A stretch of 59,904 nt of DNA, filler included. It is 6 parts of 6 records of this genome, joined end to end, with 100 filler letters (N's around TTAATTAATTAA, not from the genome) between each part and the next. Parts side by side here need not be neighbours in the genome. Positions count along the whole stretch, not along the records: positions 21,808 to 38,044 come from DRR723986_5556; 5 more parts are not named here. One strand, given 5' to 3'. The notes beneath the pieces are model-generated. The model made no database searches. It was given only the letters and a program-made list of their open reading frames with translations, and had not been told where the DNA came from. Shown piece after piece: positions 22,860 through 33,077 of this stretch (within the stretch, counting starts at the first letter, position 1; the number at the start of each line of letters is the position of its first letter). The position numbers and the translations under genes are program-made.

Positions 22860-23770
22860 GACTTGTCTCCCGTGCGGCGGATGTAGAGGACCATGAAGAC
22901 GAGCATCACCAGCATCATGCCGACCGAATAGGCGGCCGCCTGTCCCATCTGGTTCAGGCCGAAGGCCTCTTGGTAGACCAGCAGCGACAGGGTTTGCGTG
23001 GACGTCACCGGCCCGCCCCCGGTCAGCAGGTACAGCAGGTCGAATTCCTTGAAGTCCCAGATGGCGCGCAGAAGGATGATGACCGTCAGGACGGATTTCA
23101 GCTGCGGCAGGGTGATGTCGAAGAAGCGCGCGATGGGGCCGGCGCCGTCGATGCGGCTGGCCTCGTAGAGGTTTTCCGGGATCGTCTGCAGCCGCGCCAG
23201 CACGGCGATGACGACGAAGGGGAAATACTTCCACGCGCCCACGAGGATCACGCCGATCATCGCGTTGGGCATGGAGCCGAGCCAGTCCAGCGGCATGTCG
23301 ATGATGCCAAGCTGCATCAGACCGTGGTTCATCGCGCCGTAAAGGTCGTTGAACAGCCAGCGCCAGACCAGCACGGCGACGACCGTGGACAGGAAGTAGG
23401 GAAACAGGATCAGCGAGCGCGCCAGCGAGCGGAACCAGATGTTCTGATGCAGCAGAAGCGCGACGCCCACGCCCAGAACGATCTGCAGCGACAGGGTGCC
23501 CACGGTCCAGATCAGCGTGACGCCGAGCGCGTTCCAGAAGGCCTTGCCGCTCAGCAGTTCGACGTAGTTCGCCGCGCCCACGAAATCGCCCTGAAGCGTC
23601 GGCGTGTAGATCGAGAAGACGGACAGGTAGATCGCCGCCAGAAGCGGATAGACGATGACGAGGCTGAAGACGAGGATCGTCGGCGCGATCAGCAGCATGC
23701 CCAGCCGGGCATAGGCCCGTTCGAGGGGCGGCGTCGTCGCGCGCGGGATGTCTGTGGTGAGTGCGGTCAT
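22856..23770 (-). CDS. CUT1 carbohydrate ABC permease (MalF-like)
   Basis: LYEASRIDGAG and LTGGGP. Confidence 0.9.
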   Translation of the reverse strand: MTALTTDIPRATTPPLERAYARLGMLLIAPTILVFSLVIVYPLLAAIYLSVFSIYTPTLQGDFVGAANYVELLSGKAFWNALGVTLIWTVGTLSLQIVLGVGVALLLHQNIWFRSLARSLILFPYFLSTVVAVLVWRWLFNDLYGAMNHGLMQLGIIDMPLDWLGSMPNAMIGVILVGAWKYFPFVVIAVLARLQTIPENLYEASRIDGAGPIARFFDITLPQLKSVLTVIILLRAIWDFKEFDLLYLLTGGGPVTSTQTLSLLVYQEAFGLNQMGQAAAYSVGMMLVMLVFMVLYIRRTGDKS

Positions 23771-23846
23771 GAGAAGTCCTGAAAGGGTTGCCCGGCGGCA
23801 GGAGTGGAGGATGCCGCCGGGCGGGACAATGGCAGGTCGGGGAGGG

Positions 23847-25184
23847 TCAGCCCGCCATTATCTCTTCGATGCGCTTGGCGGTCTCGCCCAGCACCTCGTC
23901 GGTGTTCTCGTCGTTCAGGACGATGCGCTGCACCATCTCGGCGATCACGCCCGAGTTCACCACCTCGCCCGCGCGGGTGTTGGGCTGGTGCTCGGGGCTT
24001 TCCCAGCCGAGGTTGAAGCCGTTGGCGGCGGCTTCGGACATCAGGTCGACCTCGGCGCGGTACTTCTCGATGATCTCGTTGTCGAGATAGGCGGGGTCCT
24101 CGGCGATGGTCCTGAGCACCGGCAGCACGTGGCCGGGGGCGGCGTGCAGCTGCTGGATGTAGCCTTCGGGATCGTAGAGGAAGGCGGCGAACTGCTTGGT
24201 CGCCTCCATGTTACTGGCCTGCTTGGGGATGAAGACCGAGGGGAAGTCGTTGAAGGTCCAGGGCGCCACATCCTCGGAGATCGTCGGGTAGACGTCGCAG
24301 GTGATGTGGTCGGCGATGGACGGGTTCTGCAGGGCGACGTTGGTCAGCACGCGGCCGGTGTAGATGCCGGTGGCGCAGGCGCCCGAGACGAAGGCGGTCA
24401 GGCTTTCGCCCCACGAATAGTTGGTCGCGCCCGGCGGGCAGTACTGGCGCATCGCCTTGTAGAATTCCAGCGCGTCGCGGGTTTCGGGGCTGTCGATGGC
24501 CACCTGCAGGTCGGGGCTGAAGACCATGCCGCCGGCCTGATGGATCACGCCGATGAAGACCAGCGAGGTCATGGAGTTGCGCCCGTAGGGCAGGGGTGCG
24601 CCGTAGATGCCGCCGCCCTGCATGGCTTCGCAGGCGGACAGAAGCTCGTCCCATGTGCGCGGGTTCTTCTCGATCCCGGCCTTTTCCATCAGGTCCTTGC
24701 GCAGCCAGATCACGTTGGCGGCGGAGTTGCCGATCGAGGTGCCCGCGTATTGACCCGCGTCGATCTCGTAGATGCGGTTCACGCCGTCATAGAACTTGTC
24801 GGCGCCGATCATCTCGATGACGTCGTTGAAGGGTTCCACCAGTCCGTTGCGCCAGTAGTTCGACACGGCGAAGCTGGGCAGGTGGGTGACGATGTTCGGC
24901 ACGTCGCCGCTGGCGAAGGCTGCGGCCAGCTGGGGGGCATAGCCCTCGTCCGAGGTTTTCTCGAAGACCACTTTGACATTCGGCTGCGCCGCCTCGAAAT
25001 TGGCGATCTGGGTCTTGTAGGCGGCCAGCTGTTCCGGCGAGGACTGAGGCGACCACCACCGCAGGGTGATCTGTTCCTGCGCCATGATGCGGCGCGGCAT
25101 CAGCGCGGCGGCGCCCGCCGCGGCCATTCCGGTCAGAACCGTGCGACGCGGCAGACCCGCGTTCTTCCGATTGTTGGTGGTCAT
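23847..25184 (-). CDS. ABC substrate-binding protein (SBP_bac_1), Tat-exported
   Basis: PRRTVL Tat motif; ITLRWW and RTWDEL; first gene of the ABC operon. Confidence 0.85.
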   Translation of the reverse strand: MTTNNRKNAGLPRRTVLTGMAAAGAAALMPRRIMAQEQITLRWWSPQSSPEQLAAYKTQIANFEAAQPNVKVVFEKTSDEGYAPQLAAAFASGDVPNIVTHLPSFAVSNYWRNGLVEPFNDVIEMIGADKFYDGVNRIYEIDAGQYAGTSIGNSAANVIWLRKDLMEKAGIEKNPRTWDELLSACEAMQGGGIYGAPLPYGRNSMTSLVFIGVIHQAGGMVFSPDLQVAIDSPETRDALEFYKAMRQYCPPGATNYSWGESLTAFVSGACATGIYTGRVLTNVALQNPSIADHITCDVYPTISEDVAPWTFNDFPSVFIPKQASNMEATKQFAAFLYDPEGYIQQLHAAPGHVLPVLRTIAEDPAYLDNEIIEKYRAEVDLMSEAAANGFNLGWESPEHQPNTRAGEVVNSGVIAEMVQRIVLNDENTDEVLGETAKRIEEIMAG

Positions 25185-25206
25185 GAGACACTCCCCTGTT
25201 GGCGAT

Positions 25207-25240
25207 GTTCGCATATCGAACATATGTTCGTATTATTGGC
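25207..25240. promoter_or_regulatory. paired PcaR/IclR-type operator upstream of the ABC operon
   Basis: GTTCGCATATCGAAC palindrome, plus a second GTTCGTATT half-box starting 19 bp later. Confidence 0.65.
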
Positions 25241-25320
25241 GATGCGAATCTCGAATCGCAAGTGTTTTTTGGCTGCCGGCGGGGGTGAAGACGGGTTCCG
25301 CTGCCGGACCGCCGGTGATA

Positions 25321-25335
25321 GTTCGTAATGCGCAC
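25321..25335. promoter_or_regulatory. IclR-type operator upstream of the iclR gene (possible autoregulation)
   Basis: GTTCGTAATGCGCAC. Confidence 0.55.
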
Positions 25336-25352
25336 AGAAAGCGAGAGGACCG

Positions 25353-26201
25353 ATGGCGAAACCAGTGAAGACGAGCGCCGTGCAGACCGCCAGCGACACG
25401 CGGCTTGGGACCGTGACGGCCGATGCCGAGGAACAGGACAAGATTTCCAGCCGGGATTTCGTCTCTTCGCTGTCGCGCGGGCTGGAGATCCTGTCGAGCT
25501 TCAGCCGCACCTCGAAGAAGATGACGCTGTCCGAGGTCGCGGCGGAAACCGGCATGAGCCGCGCCACCGCGCGCCGCTTTCTGCTGACGCTGGTCAAGGA
25601 AGGCTACGTGGTCACCGACGGCAAGCTGTTCGACCTGACGCCGAAGGTTCTGGATCTGGGTTTTTCGGTGCTGTCCAAGATCGGCATCTGGGACCGCGCC
25701 CGCCCCCTGATGGAGCGGCTGTCCGAGCAGACCGGCGAAAGCTGCACGGCGGCGATCCTCGACGGGCTGGATGTGGTCTACGTGGCCGGTGTGCAGGCGC
25801 ATAACATCATCAGCGTGGGCATTTCCGTGGGCAGCCGCCAATCGGCCTTCTACACGGCGAACGGGCGGGTGCTTCTGGCCTCGCAGCCGGAGGACAACTG
25901 GGACGGCATCATCGCCAATGCGCGCCTCGTGCCGCGCACGCAGCACAGCATCACCGGCAAGGCCGATCTGCGCGCGGTGCTGGAACAGGTCCGCGATCAG
26001 GGCTGGGCGCTGGTGGATCAGGAGCTGGAAGAGGGGCTCTTGTCCATCGCCATTCCGCTGAAGTTCCGCTCTGGCGTGCTGGCGGGGTCGATCAACATCG
26101 CCGTGCCCTCGATCCGGGCCTCGCGCGAGATCATGGTAGACACCTACCTGCCCAAGCTGCGCGAGACGGCGGAAGAGATCCAGAAGTCACTGGCGCATTG
26201 A
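25353..26201 (+). CDS. IclR family regulator (PcaR/PobR-like)
   Basis: FVSSLSRGLEIL, TLSEVAAETGMSRATARRFLLTL and VDQELEEGL. Confidence 0.92.
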   Translation: MAKPVKTSAVQTASDTRLGTVTADAEEQDKISSRDFVSSLSRGLEILSSFSRTSKKMTLSEVAAETGMSRATARRFLLTLVKEGYVVTDGKLFDLTPKVLDLGFSVLSKIGIWDRARPLMERLSEQTGESCTAAILDGLDVVYVAGVQAHNIISVGISVGSRQSAFYTANGRVLLASQPEDNWDGIIANARLVPRTQHSITGKADLRAVLEQVRDQGWALVDQELEEGLLSIAIPLKFRSGVLAGSINIAVPSIRASREIMVDTYLPKLRETAEEIQKSLAH

Positions 26202-26487
26202 GGCGGCGGGGGACGGTCACGCCCGCGCTGAGGGGGACGTCGGGTCCTTCGGCTCTGTCGCCAATCGCGTGCCGGGGCGGCCGCTGGCCCTTGGCGCGAT
26301 CCCGTCGCGCCGGCGCCCTGTCCGGCATGGTCCCAGGCCAGGCGACGTCCATTCGGGGTAACGGAGGCCGGGGCGATGTCGCCTCCTGTGTCCCGCCTGC
26401 GCCACGGTCCGATCCAAAGCCGGTTTCCGGGCTGTCTTACCCATGGGGCGGTTTTGCCCCGGAGGCCTTACCCAAAGGGCGGGCGCC

Positions 26488-27606
26488 TTACCCCCGCCAG
26501 CGGGCGGGGTCGTAGGGGGCGGGGTCGATGGGCGGTTCCAGACCGAGGGCGACCGCTGCCGCCGTGCGGCCCGTGACCGGCCCCAGCGTGTAGCCCGCGT
26601 CGCCGGGCAGGGCGAGGAAGACGCGGCTGCCGGGTTGCGCCGGGCCGATGGTGGCCTTGCCGTCCACCGGCGTGTTGTAGCCCGCCCATGTGCGGATCAC
26701 CCGCAGGCCGCCGATGCCCGGCGCGATCTGCGCCGCCAGCGCGACATTGCCCAGAAGGCTCTCGCGCCGGATGCGGGGCGCGCGCGTGTCGTCCTGCGCC
26801 AATGAGGCGTCCCAACCGCCGCCGATCACCACCTGACCCGAGCGGAACTGCTTCAGCGTGATCGGACGCTCGGCGTGCTGCACGAGGTGGTGGATTTGGT
26901 ACTCCCCCGCCTCGGTGATGTTCATGTGCAGCGGCTCGGGCGGGGTCCTCAGCGTCAGGCCCAAGGGCGCGGCCAGCGCCTCGCCGCCCCAGGCTGCGGC
27001 GACAAGCACCACGTCGGCCTCATAGGCCCGCGCGCCATGGGCCACGGGGCGGGGGCCGTCCTCGATCCGGGCGATGCGGTCGTGGATGTGGCGCACGCCA
27101 AGCGCATCCAACGTGGCGCGCATCTTGGCATTGGCCATCAGCGGGTTCAGCTTGCCCTCGTTGCGGCAAAGCTCCGCCCCCTCGATCCGGTCCGAGAGCC
27201 AGGGCGCCAGCCGCATCAGCGCGTCGCGGTCGAGGATCTCGACATCCAGCCCCTTCTTCCGCTCACGCTCTGCCTTCTGGTGGAGGAAGGCCATCTGCGC
27301 CGCGTCCTCCGCCAGCATCAACCCGCCCTCGCGGGTCAGTTCGACGCCGCCGAGGCGGGCGTCCAGCGCCTCCCACTCGGTCACGGCGGAGAGATACAGA
27401 GGCAGCGAGTCCTCGAGGTTCTGCGCCAGATGCGGGTTCAGCCGCAGGAAGCGGCTTTGCATCTGGACATGCAGGCTTCCGGCGTTTGCATGAGAGCCGG
27501 CGGTGCGCGCGGCATCGACGATGGTCACGTGGGCGCCCGCCTCGGCGGCGGTCAGGGCGGCCATCTGTCCGGTGATGCCGCCGCCGATGATCAGCAGGTC
27601 GGTCAT
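26488..27606 (-). CDS. FAD-dependent oxidoreductase (DadA/SoxB/HcnC-like)
   Basis: MTDLLIIGGGITG, GSHANAGSLH, RTWAG and GYTLGP. Confidence 0.85.
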   Translation of the reverse strand: MTDLLIIGGGITGQMAALTAAEAGAHVTIVDAARTAGSHANAGSLHVQMQSRFLRLNPHLAQNLEDSLPLYLSAVTEWEALDARLGGVELTREGGLMLAEDAAQMAFLHQKAERERKKGLDVEILDRDALMRLAPWLSDRIEGAELCRNEGKLNPLMANAKMRATLDALGVRHIHDRIARIEDGPRPVAHGARAYEADVVLVAAAWGGEALAAPLGLTLRTPPEPLHMNITEAGEYQIHHLVQHAERPITLKQFRSGQVVIGGGWDASLAQDDTRAPRIRRESLLGNVALAAQIAPGIGGLRVIRTWAGYNTPVDGKATIGPAQPGSRVFLALPGDAGYTLGPVTGRTAAAVALGLEPPIDPAPYDPARWRG

Positions 27607-29234
27607 TCGTCCAGCAGCGCCTCGGCGGCGGTGATCGCGGCGATGTCCACCGGCTTGATCGGCACGCGGGGGGCGAAGTAGGACAGATCCTCCAGCGGGC
27701 GGCCCTGACGGCGCGCCATGATGCCGGCCACGGCGGGGGCGCAATAGCGGCCCTGACAGCGGCCCATGCCGATGCGCGTGGCGCGTTTCAGCGCGCCGAT
27801 GTCGGTGGGATCGTCCGCCAGCGCGGCGTCGAGCTGCGCCTTCGTCACCTCTTCGCAGCGGCAGATGTGGGTCTCGGGCGGGGCGCTTTCCGGCTGCGGC
27901 AGGGCGGCGGCGTAGACCCGCCAGAGCGCGTCCTGAAAGGCGCGGTGGCGGGTCAGGCCCTCGCGGTCCTCGGGCAGGGGGGCGGCGCCCGTCGCGGCGC
28001 GGCCTGCGATCCGGCCTTCGGTCACGGCGGCGGGCGCGCCACCCAGCCCGCAGCAATCGCCCACGGCATAGACGCCGGGCACCGAGGTCTCGCAGGTCTC
28101 GGAGCGGGTCACGCGCAGGTGGTCGAAGCGTGCGTCGTAGCTCATGGCGCAGCCCAGCAGCCGCAGCACCTCGTTCGAGGGCTGGAAGCCGTAGTTCAGG
28201 CAGACCACATCGGCGGTGACGGTCTTCGTCACGCCCTTGGCCGTGTAGGTCACCGTCAGGCCGTCGGCGCCCTGTTCGATCCAGTCCGGCAGCGCGTCGA
28301 AGGCGGGCCGCACGCCGAAGCGGCGCAGCGCCGCCATCATCCGCAGGCCCTTGTCGGCGAGCGCGCGGTCGCGGCGCAGCATGTCGAGGCCCGCCAGCGG
28401 GCGGCGCCATGGGGCGGGCGCGGCCTCTGCCAGCAGGACCACCTCTGCGCCGCCCTGCGCCAGTTCCAGCGCCACCTGCGCCACCAGCGGTCCGTTGCCC
28501 AGCAGCGCAACGCGCTTGCCCGGCAGCGTCCGGTAGCTGCGCCAGAGCGTCTGCGCCGCGCCCACGGTCATCACGCCGGGCAGCGTCCAGCCGGGCACCA
28601 TGGCGGGGCGCTCGTAGGCGCCGGTCGCGACGATGAGCTTTTCCGGCGCGATGGCGTAGACCGCGTCGGGGGCGCTGGCCATGATCTCGGGGCCGTCGAA
28701 GGCGCCCCAGACCTCTGTCTGCGGCAGGATCGTGACGCCCGCGTCCCGGGCCTCCTGCACCAGCGCGGCGCCTTCGGACTGCTGGTCGTCCAGCGGAGCG
28801 CCCCGGGCGGCCTGCTTGTAATACTGCCCGCCGGGGATCTTGCGCTCGTCCAGCAGCACCACCTCGGCACCGCTGTCCCGGGCGGCGATGGCCGCCGTCA
28901 GCCCGCCCGCGCCGCCCCCGATCACAAGAACCGAGGGCGTCAGCCGGTGCGGCGCAAGGGCGCGCGGCGTGGGCGCGGTCAGGGCCGGGCGGGCGGTCTG
29001 CCGGTTTACCGCCATGCCCTCTGCGGCGGGCGTCATGCAGGCGCGCTGATTCGGGCGCCCGTCCACGGTGACGAGGCAGTCCTGACAGACGCCCATGCCG
29101 CAGAAGATCCCGCGGTCAGCCCCCTGCTCGGTCTGGCGGAAGGCCCGCAGACCGGCCGCCGTCAGGGCAGCGGCCAGAGAGGTTCCGGGCGCGCAGGCGA
29201 TCTCTTGCCCGTCGAAGGTGAAGCGAAGCGTCAT
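27603..29234 (-). CDS. fused 2Fe-2S / FAD-NAD oxidoreductase (HcnA-HcnB / opine oxidase A-like)
   Basis: FCGMGVCQDC...RAC, GGGAGG, ATGAYER, ICRCEEV and GMGRCQGRYC. Confidence 0.85.
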   Translation of the reverse strand: MTLRFTFDGQEIACAPGTSLAAALTAAGLRAFRQTEQGADRGIFCGMGVCQDCLVTVDGRPNQRACMTPAAEGMAVNRQTARPALTAPTPRALAPHRLTPSVLVIGGGAGGLTAAIAARDSGAEVVLLDERKIPGGQYYKQAARGAPLDDQQSEGAALVQEARDAGVTILPQTEVWGAFDGPEIMASAPDAVYAIAPEKLIVATGAYERPAMVPGWTLPGVMTVGAAQTLWRSYRTLPGKRVALLGNGPLVAQVALELAQGGAEVVLLAEAAPAPWRRPLAGLDMLRRDRALADKGLRMMAALRRFGVRPAFDALPDWIEQGADGLTVTYTAKGVTKTVTADVVCLNYGFQPSNEVLRLLGCAMSYDARFDHLRVTRSETCETSVPGVYAVGDCCGLGGAPAAVTEGRIAGRAATGAAPLPEDREGLTRHRAFQDALWRVYAAALPQPESAPPETHICRCEEVTKAQLDAALADDPTDIGALKRATRIGMGRCQGRYCAPAVAGIMARRQGRPLEDLSYFAPRVPIKPVDIAAITAAEALLDE

Positions 29235-29237
29235 GTC

Positions 29238-30161
29238 CTACCCTTTCAGGATGTCCCGGCGCGCGTTCAACAGCCGCGCCAGAGCCTGTTCGCGCCATGC
29301 GCGGCGGGCGGGCAGGGCGTCCTCGGGCAGCACGGCGCGGCGTTCCGCCTCGACCCTGTCCACCAGCGCGGGCGGCCAGTCGGGCGCGGTCTCGCCCCGG
29401 TCGCGGCCGATGGCAGCATAGGCCGGGCCAAGCCGTTCGGCATGGCCGCGGATGCCGCCCGCGGTGTTCAGTTCCGCCGTCTCGAAGGGACCCGACAGCG
29501 CCCAGCGGGGGCCGAGCCCGTCGCGGACCAGCGTGTCCAGCGCCTCGACCCCGATCACGCCCTCGTCCACCAGCCGGTAGGCCTCTCGCAGAAGCGCGCT
29601 TTGCAAGCGGTTGAAGACGAAGGCCGGGACCTCGTGGCCAAGGTGGGCGGGGGCGAAGCCGCCGTCGCGGAACAGCGCCTCGGCCCGGTCCATGGTCTGC
29701 GCCGTGGTGCCCGGGGCGGGGACCAGTTCCAGCACGCGCAGAAGGCTGGGTGGGTTGGCGGGATGGGCGACGAGGCAGCGGGTCTGATCGCCCGTATCGG
29801 GCAGGATGCGCGAGACCGGGATGGCAGAGGAGGCGGTGGCGACCAGCGCCGCGCCGCGCCCCAGCAGATCGCGGAACAGCGCCTGCTTGGCCTCCAGCCG
29901 CTCGGGCCCGCATTCGAGGGCAAGCGCGGCGTCGATCCGGTCGGGCAGGGCGGCGATCACCTCGGGCGCGGTCTTGGGAACGGCCAGCCCCGCCAGCGCC
30001 ATGGCCTCTGCGTGACGGGCGACCAGCGCGGGTGCGGCGGTGCGCGCCGCCTCGGACGGGTCGCAGAGCGTGACCGCGAATCCCGCGCTCAGGAAAGCGG
30101 CGGCGAAGCCGGTCCCGATGGGGCCGGCGCCAAGGATCAGCACGGAAGGCGTGTCATTCAT
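29238..30161 (-). CDS. 3-hydroxyacyl-CoA dehydrogenase family (gulonate 3-dehydrogenase/carnitine dehydrogenase-like)
   Basis: GAGPIG, AHPANPP, FVFNRLQ and GLGPRWALSGPFET. Confidence 0.8.
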   Translation of the reverse strand: MNDTPSVLILGAGPIGTGFAAAFLSAGFAVTLCDPSEAARTAAPALVARHAEAMALAGLAVPKTAPEVIAALPDRIDAALALECGPERLEAKQALFRDLLGRGAALVATASSAIPVSRILPDTGDQTRCLVAHPANPPSLLRVLELVPAPGTTAQTMDRAEALFRDGGFAPAHLGHEVPAFVFNRLQSALLREAYRLVDEGVIGVEALDTLVRDGLGPRWALSGPFETAELNTAGGIRGHAERLGPAYAAIGRDRGETAPDWPPALVDRVEAERRAVLPEDALPARRAWREQALARLLNARRDILKG

Positions 30162-30179
30162 GTTGCCGGGCTCCCTCAT

Positions 30180-30213
30180 GTTCGTTATGTGAACATTTGT
30201 GCGAAATGATGAA
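30180..30213. promoter_or_regulatory. paired IclR-type operator in a divergent promoter
   Basis: GTTCGTTATGTGAAC, plus a weaker GTGCGAAATG box 19 bp later. Confidence 0.6.
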
Positions 30214-30244
30214 TGGCGTCAAGGGCGCCGTGATGGAGGTGCGG

Positions 30245-31006
30245 ATGTTGGACGGCAAGACGATTCTGGTGACGGGCGCCTCCAAGGGTATCGGGCAGGA
30301 GATCGCCCGGGAAGTGGCGGCGCAGGGTGCGCGCGTGGTGGCGCATTACGGTGGCGACCGCGCGGGCGCAGAGGCCGCCATGGCGGGCATCCCCGAGGAC
30401 CGCGGGATCCTGTTGCAGGGCGACCTTGCCAGCCCCGGCGGGGCGGAGGCGCTGTTCGCCGAGGCGGTGCGGCTGACCGGCGGGCTGGACGGGGTGGTGA
30501 ACAACGCCGCCGTCATGCATTTCGCCGGGGGCATAGAGGACCCGGCGGAGGAATGGGACCGCGTCTGGGCCGAAACCTTTCAGGTCAACGTCTTCTCGGC
30601 GTCGATCCTGCTGCGCGAGGCGGTGAGGCATTTCCGCGCGAAGGGCGGCGGCGAGATCGTCGGCATCAGCAGCTGGGCGGCGCAGAAGGGCGTCACCAAC
30701 CCGCGCACCATCGGCTACGCGGCCTCCAAGGCGGCCTTCAAGGCGGCGCTTCAGACGGTGGCGACGGGCTACGCGCGCGACGGCATCCGGACCTACATCA
30801 TCGCGCCCGGCGTGGTGGACACCAAGATGAGCCGCGATTTCGCCGAAAGCCAGGGCGGGCGCCATGTGGTCGAGGACCGGCTGGCCATGGGAGAGTTCGT
30901 GCCGCCCTCGGACATCGCCGCGCTGGCGGCCTTCTGCCTGTCGGGCCGGTGCCGCCATCTGTCGGGCGCCACGCTGGACGTCAATGGGGCAAGCTACATC
31001 CGCTGA
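30245..31006 (+). CDS. short-chain dehydrogenase/reductase
   Basis: TGASKGIG, NNAA and YAASK; GGAGGT RBS. Confidence 0.9.
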   Translation: MLDGKTILVTGASKGIGQEIAREVAAQGARVVAHYGGDRAGAEAAMAGIPEDRGILLQGDLASPGGAEALFAEAVRLTGGLDGVVNNAAVMHFAGGIEDPAEEWDRVWAETFQVNVFSASILLREAVRHFRAKGGGEIVGISSWAAQKGVTNPRTIGYAASKAAFKAALQTVATGYARDGIRTYIIAPGVVDTKMSRDFAESQGGRHVVEDRLAMGEFVPPSDIAALAAFCLSGRCRHLSGATLDVNGASYIR

Positions 31007-32249
31007 CCTGAAGACCGTCGCGCGGCAGTTGGACCCGGAAGGTGGTCTCATCCTGCGCGGAGGTCACCTCTATCGTACCGCCATGGGCCGCGACGATGGA
31101 ATGGGCCACGTAAAGCCCCAGCCCCAGCCCCATCGACTTGCCCTCGGCGCTTTCGCCCCGTCTGAAGGGGCGGAACAGGCTGGCGCGCAGGCTGTCGGGA
31201 ATGGCGGGGCCGTGGTTCGTGACCTGGATCAGCGCGGCTTCGGGGGTGGATGCGGCGCGCAGGGTGACGGGCTGCCCCTCGGCCCCGTGCTGGGCGGCAT
31301 TCGACAGCAGGTTCGAGACCAGCTGCGCGATGCGGTCGGTGTCGCAATGGACCGGGTGGGGCAGGTCGGTTTCCAGCACGAAGGTGCCTTCGGGCAGGGC
31401 GACGCGGATCTCTTCGATCACCTGCGCGAGGGTCTCGGCCAGCGGCGCGTCGGGCTGCGGCGTGATCCGGATGCCGCGCCCCAGACGCGACCGGGCGTGC
31501 AGCATGATGTTGTCGATCAGCTCGTTCATGCGCCGCTGCGAGCCCTTCATCAGGCGCAGGATCAGCCTTGCCCGGTCGCTTTGCTGCTCTGCCTCGAGCT
31601 GGCGCAGCCCGGCGCCGAAGGCGGCCACGGGGTTGCGCAGGTCGTGGCCGAGGACGGCGATGAACTCTTCCTGAATCCGCGCCATCTCTTGCGTGCGCTC
31701 GGCGTGGATCCGATGCGCCTCCAGCCGTTCCTCGGTTTCGAGGCTTTGGCCGATGATGTCCGCGAACATCTCGAGCATGGCGACGGCGCGGGGCGTCTTG
31801 ATCTCGTTGGGCTCGCGGTCGATGGCGCAGAGCGTGCCGAAGAAGCTGCCGTCGCTGCGGTAGATCGGAAAGGAGGCGTAGCTGGCGATGCCGAATTTCA
31901 GCGCGATCGGGTGGTTCGCGTAGGTTTCGTCGGTGGCCACGTTGCCGAAGATCACCGGGTCGGAGGAATCGCGCACCGATTGGCAGAAGGTGGACCGGAT
32001 CTCTATCTCGTCCCCGGCGCGAAGGCCGAACTGCGTCTCGTCCACGGTGCGGCAGGCCACCCAGCGGTCGCGCGTCACCCGCGCCACGGCGGCAAAGCGC
32101 ATCCCGGTCGCCATCATGACGGTCTCGAGGATGGTGCCCACAAGCTGGCTGTTCGACAGGACTTCGATGTCGGACTGAAAGTCGTGGGTGCCCCCGACGA
32201 ATGCAGCGTGGTCCTGCAGGCTCGTCGGAGGCGCAACGTCGGTGGTCAT
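30981..32249 (-). CDS. GAF-domain sensor histidine kinase (cytoplasmic)
   Basis: GAF (GMRFAAVAR...GTLCAID), GHDLRNP, NLLSNA and GLGLGL. Confidence 0.85.
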   Translation of the reverse strand: MTTDVAPPTSLQDHAAFVGGTHDFQSDIEVLSNSQLVGTILETVMMATGMRFAAVARVTRDRWVACRTVDETQFGLRAGDEIEIRSTFCQSVRDSSDPVIFGNVATDETYANHPIALKFGIASYASFPIYRSDGSFFGTLCAIDREPNEIKTPRAVAMLEMFADIIGQSLETEERLEAHRIHAERTQEMARIQEEFIAVLGHDLRNPVAAFGAGLRQLEAEQQSDRARLILRLMKGSQRRMNELIDNIMLHARSRLGRGIRITPQPDAPLAETLAQVIEEIRVALPEGTFVLETDLPHPVHCDTDRIAQLVSNLLSNAAQHGAEGQPVTLRAASTPEAALIQVTNHGPAIPDSLRASLFRPFRRGESAEGKSMGLGLGLYVAHSIVAAHGGTIEVTSAQDETTFRVQLPRDGLQVSGCSLPH

Positions 32250-32336
32250 CGTTTTGGCGCCCGTTTCCTAGGAATAGCCACAAGCCTAACACCCGGCTCC
32301 GGTCTGCACCAGTCGAAGGGCGGGCGGGTCGTTCCG

Positions 32337-33023
32337 TCAGACCGGGTCGGGGGCGAAGATCTGCGGATAGAGGCTGCGCATGGCGATCTCGTCGAACTCT
32401 GCCTTGAACTGGTGGTGATCCTTCAGCGCCTGCGCGCGGGCGGCGGCGGGGCGGGCGTCGATGGTCTTCATCAGCCGGTCGAGGTTGGGGTATTTCGCCA
32501 TGATGTCGTCGTCGCCCAGCATGTAGGTCAGCCGAGAGCCCCAGCCCCAGACCGCCATGTCGACGATGGAGTAATCGTCGCCCATCATCCATTCGCCCCG
32601 TGCCAGACGGTCGTCGACGATCTGCCAGTGGCGGCGTGCTTCGAAGTCGTAGCGTTTCACCGCATAGGGCGGCTTCTCGGGGGCGAAGTTGCGGAAGTGG
32701 ACGGCCTGCCCGGAAAAGGGGCCGAGGCCCGAGGCCACGAACATCATCCACGACAGCAGGTCGCCGCGCTGCGCGGGCGTGGCCATGAACTGCCCGGTCT
32801 TCTCGCCGAGGTACAGCAGTATGGCGTTGCTGTCGAAGACCACCGTCTCGCCATCGGTCAGCACCGGCAGCTTGGCGTTGGGGTTCAGCGCCTTGAAGGT
32901 GTCGCTGTGTTGTTCGGCCTTGCGGGTGTCGATCGGCACCGGCTCGTATTCAAGGCCGGATTCCTCGAGGAACAGCGCCACCTTCATCGGGTTCGGCGCC
33001 ATGTTGTAGAAAAACCGGATCAT
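32337..33023 (-). CDS. glutathione S-transferase (YfcG/YghU-like)
   Basis: APNPMKV, LNPNAKLP, FDSNAILLYL and YSIVDMA. Confidence 0.88.
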   Translation of the reverse strand: MIRFFYNMAPNPMKVALFLEESGLEYEPVPIDTRKAEQHSDTFKALNPNAKLPVLTDGETVVFDSNAILLYLGEKTGQFMATPAQRGDLLSWMMFVASGLGPFSGQAVHFRNFAPEKPPYAVKRYDFEARRHWQIVDDRLARGEWMMGDDYSIVDMAVWGWGSRLTYMLGDDDIMAKYPNLDRLMKTIDARPAAARAQALKDHHQFKAEFDEIAMRSLYPQIFAPDPV

Positions 33024-33077
33024 CGCGGTCTCCATGGGACAGGAAGACGGCGCCCGAGGGGGGCGCCGCCGTGGCGT

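Noticed and set aside
27867-30209. 780-aa plus-strand ORF
   Set aside because: Antisense to well-supported oxidoreductase genes; low-complexity Gly/Arg/Ala translation
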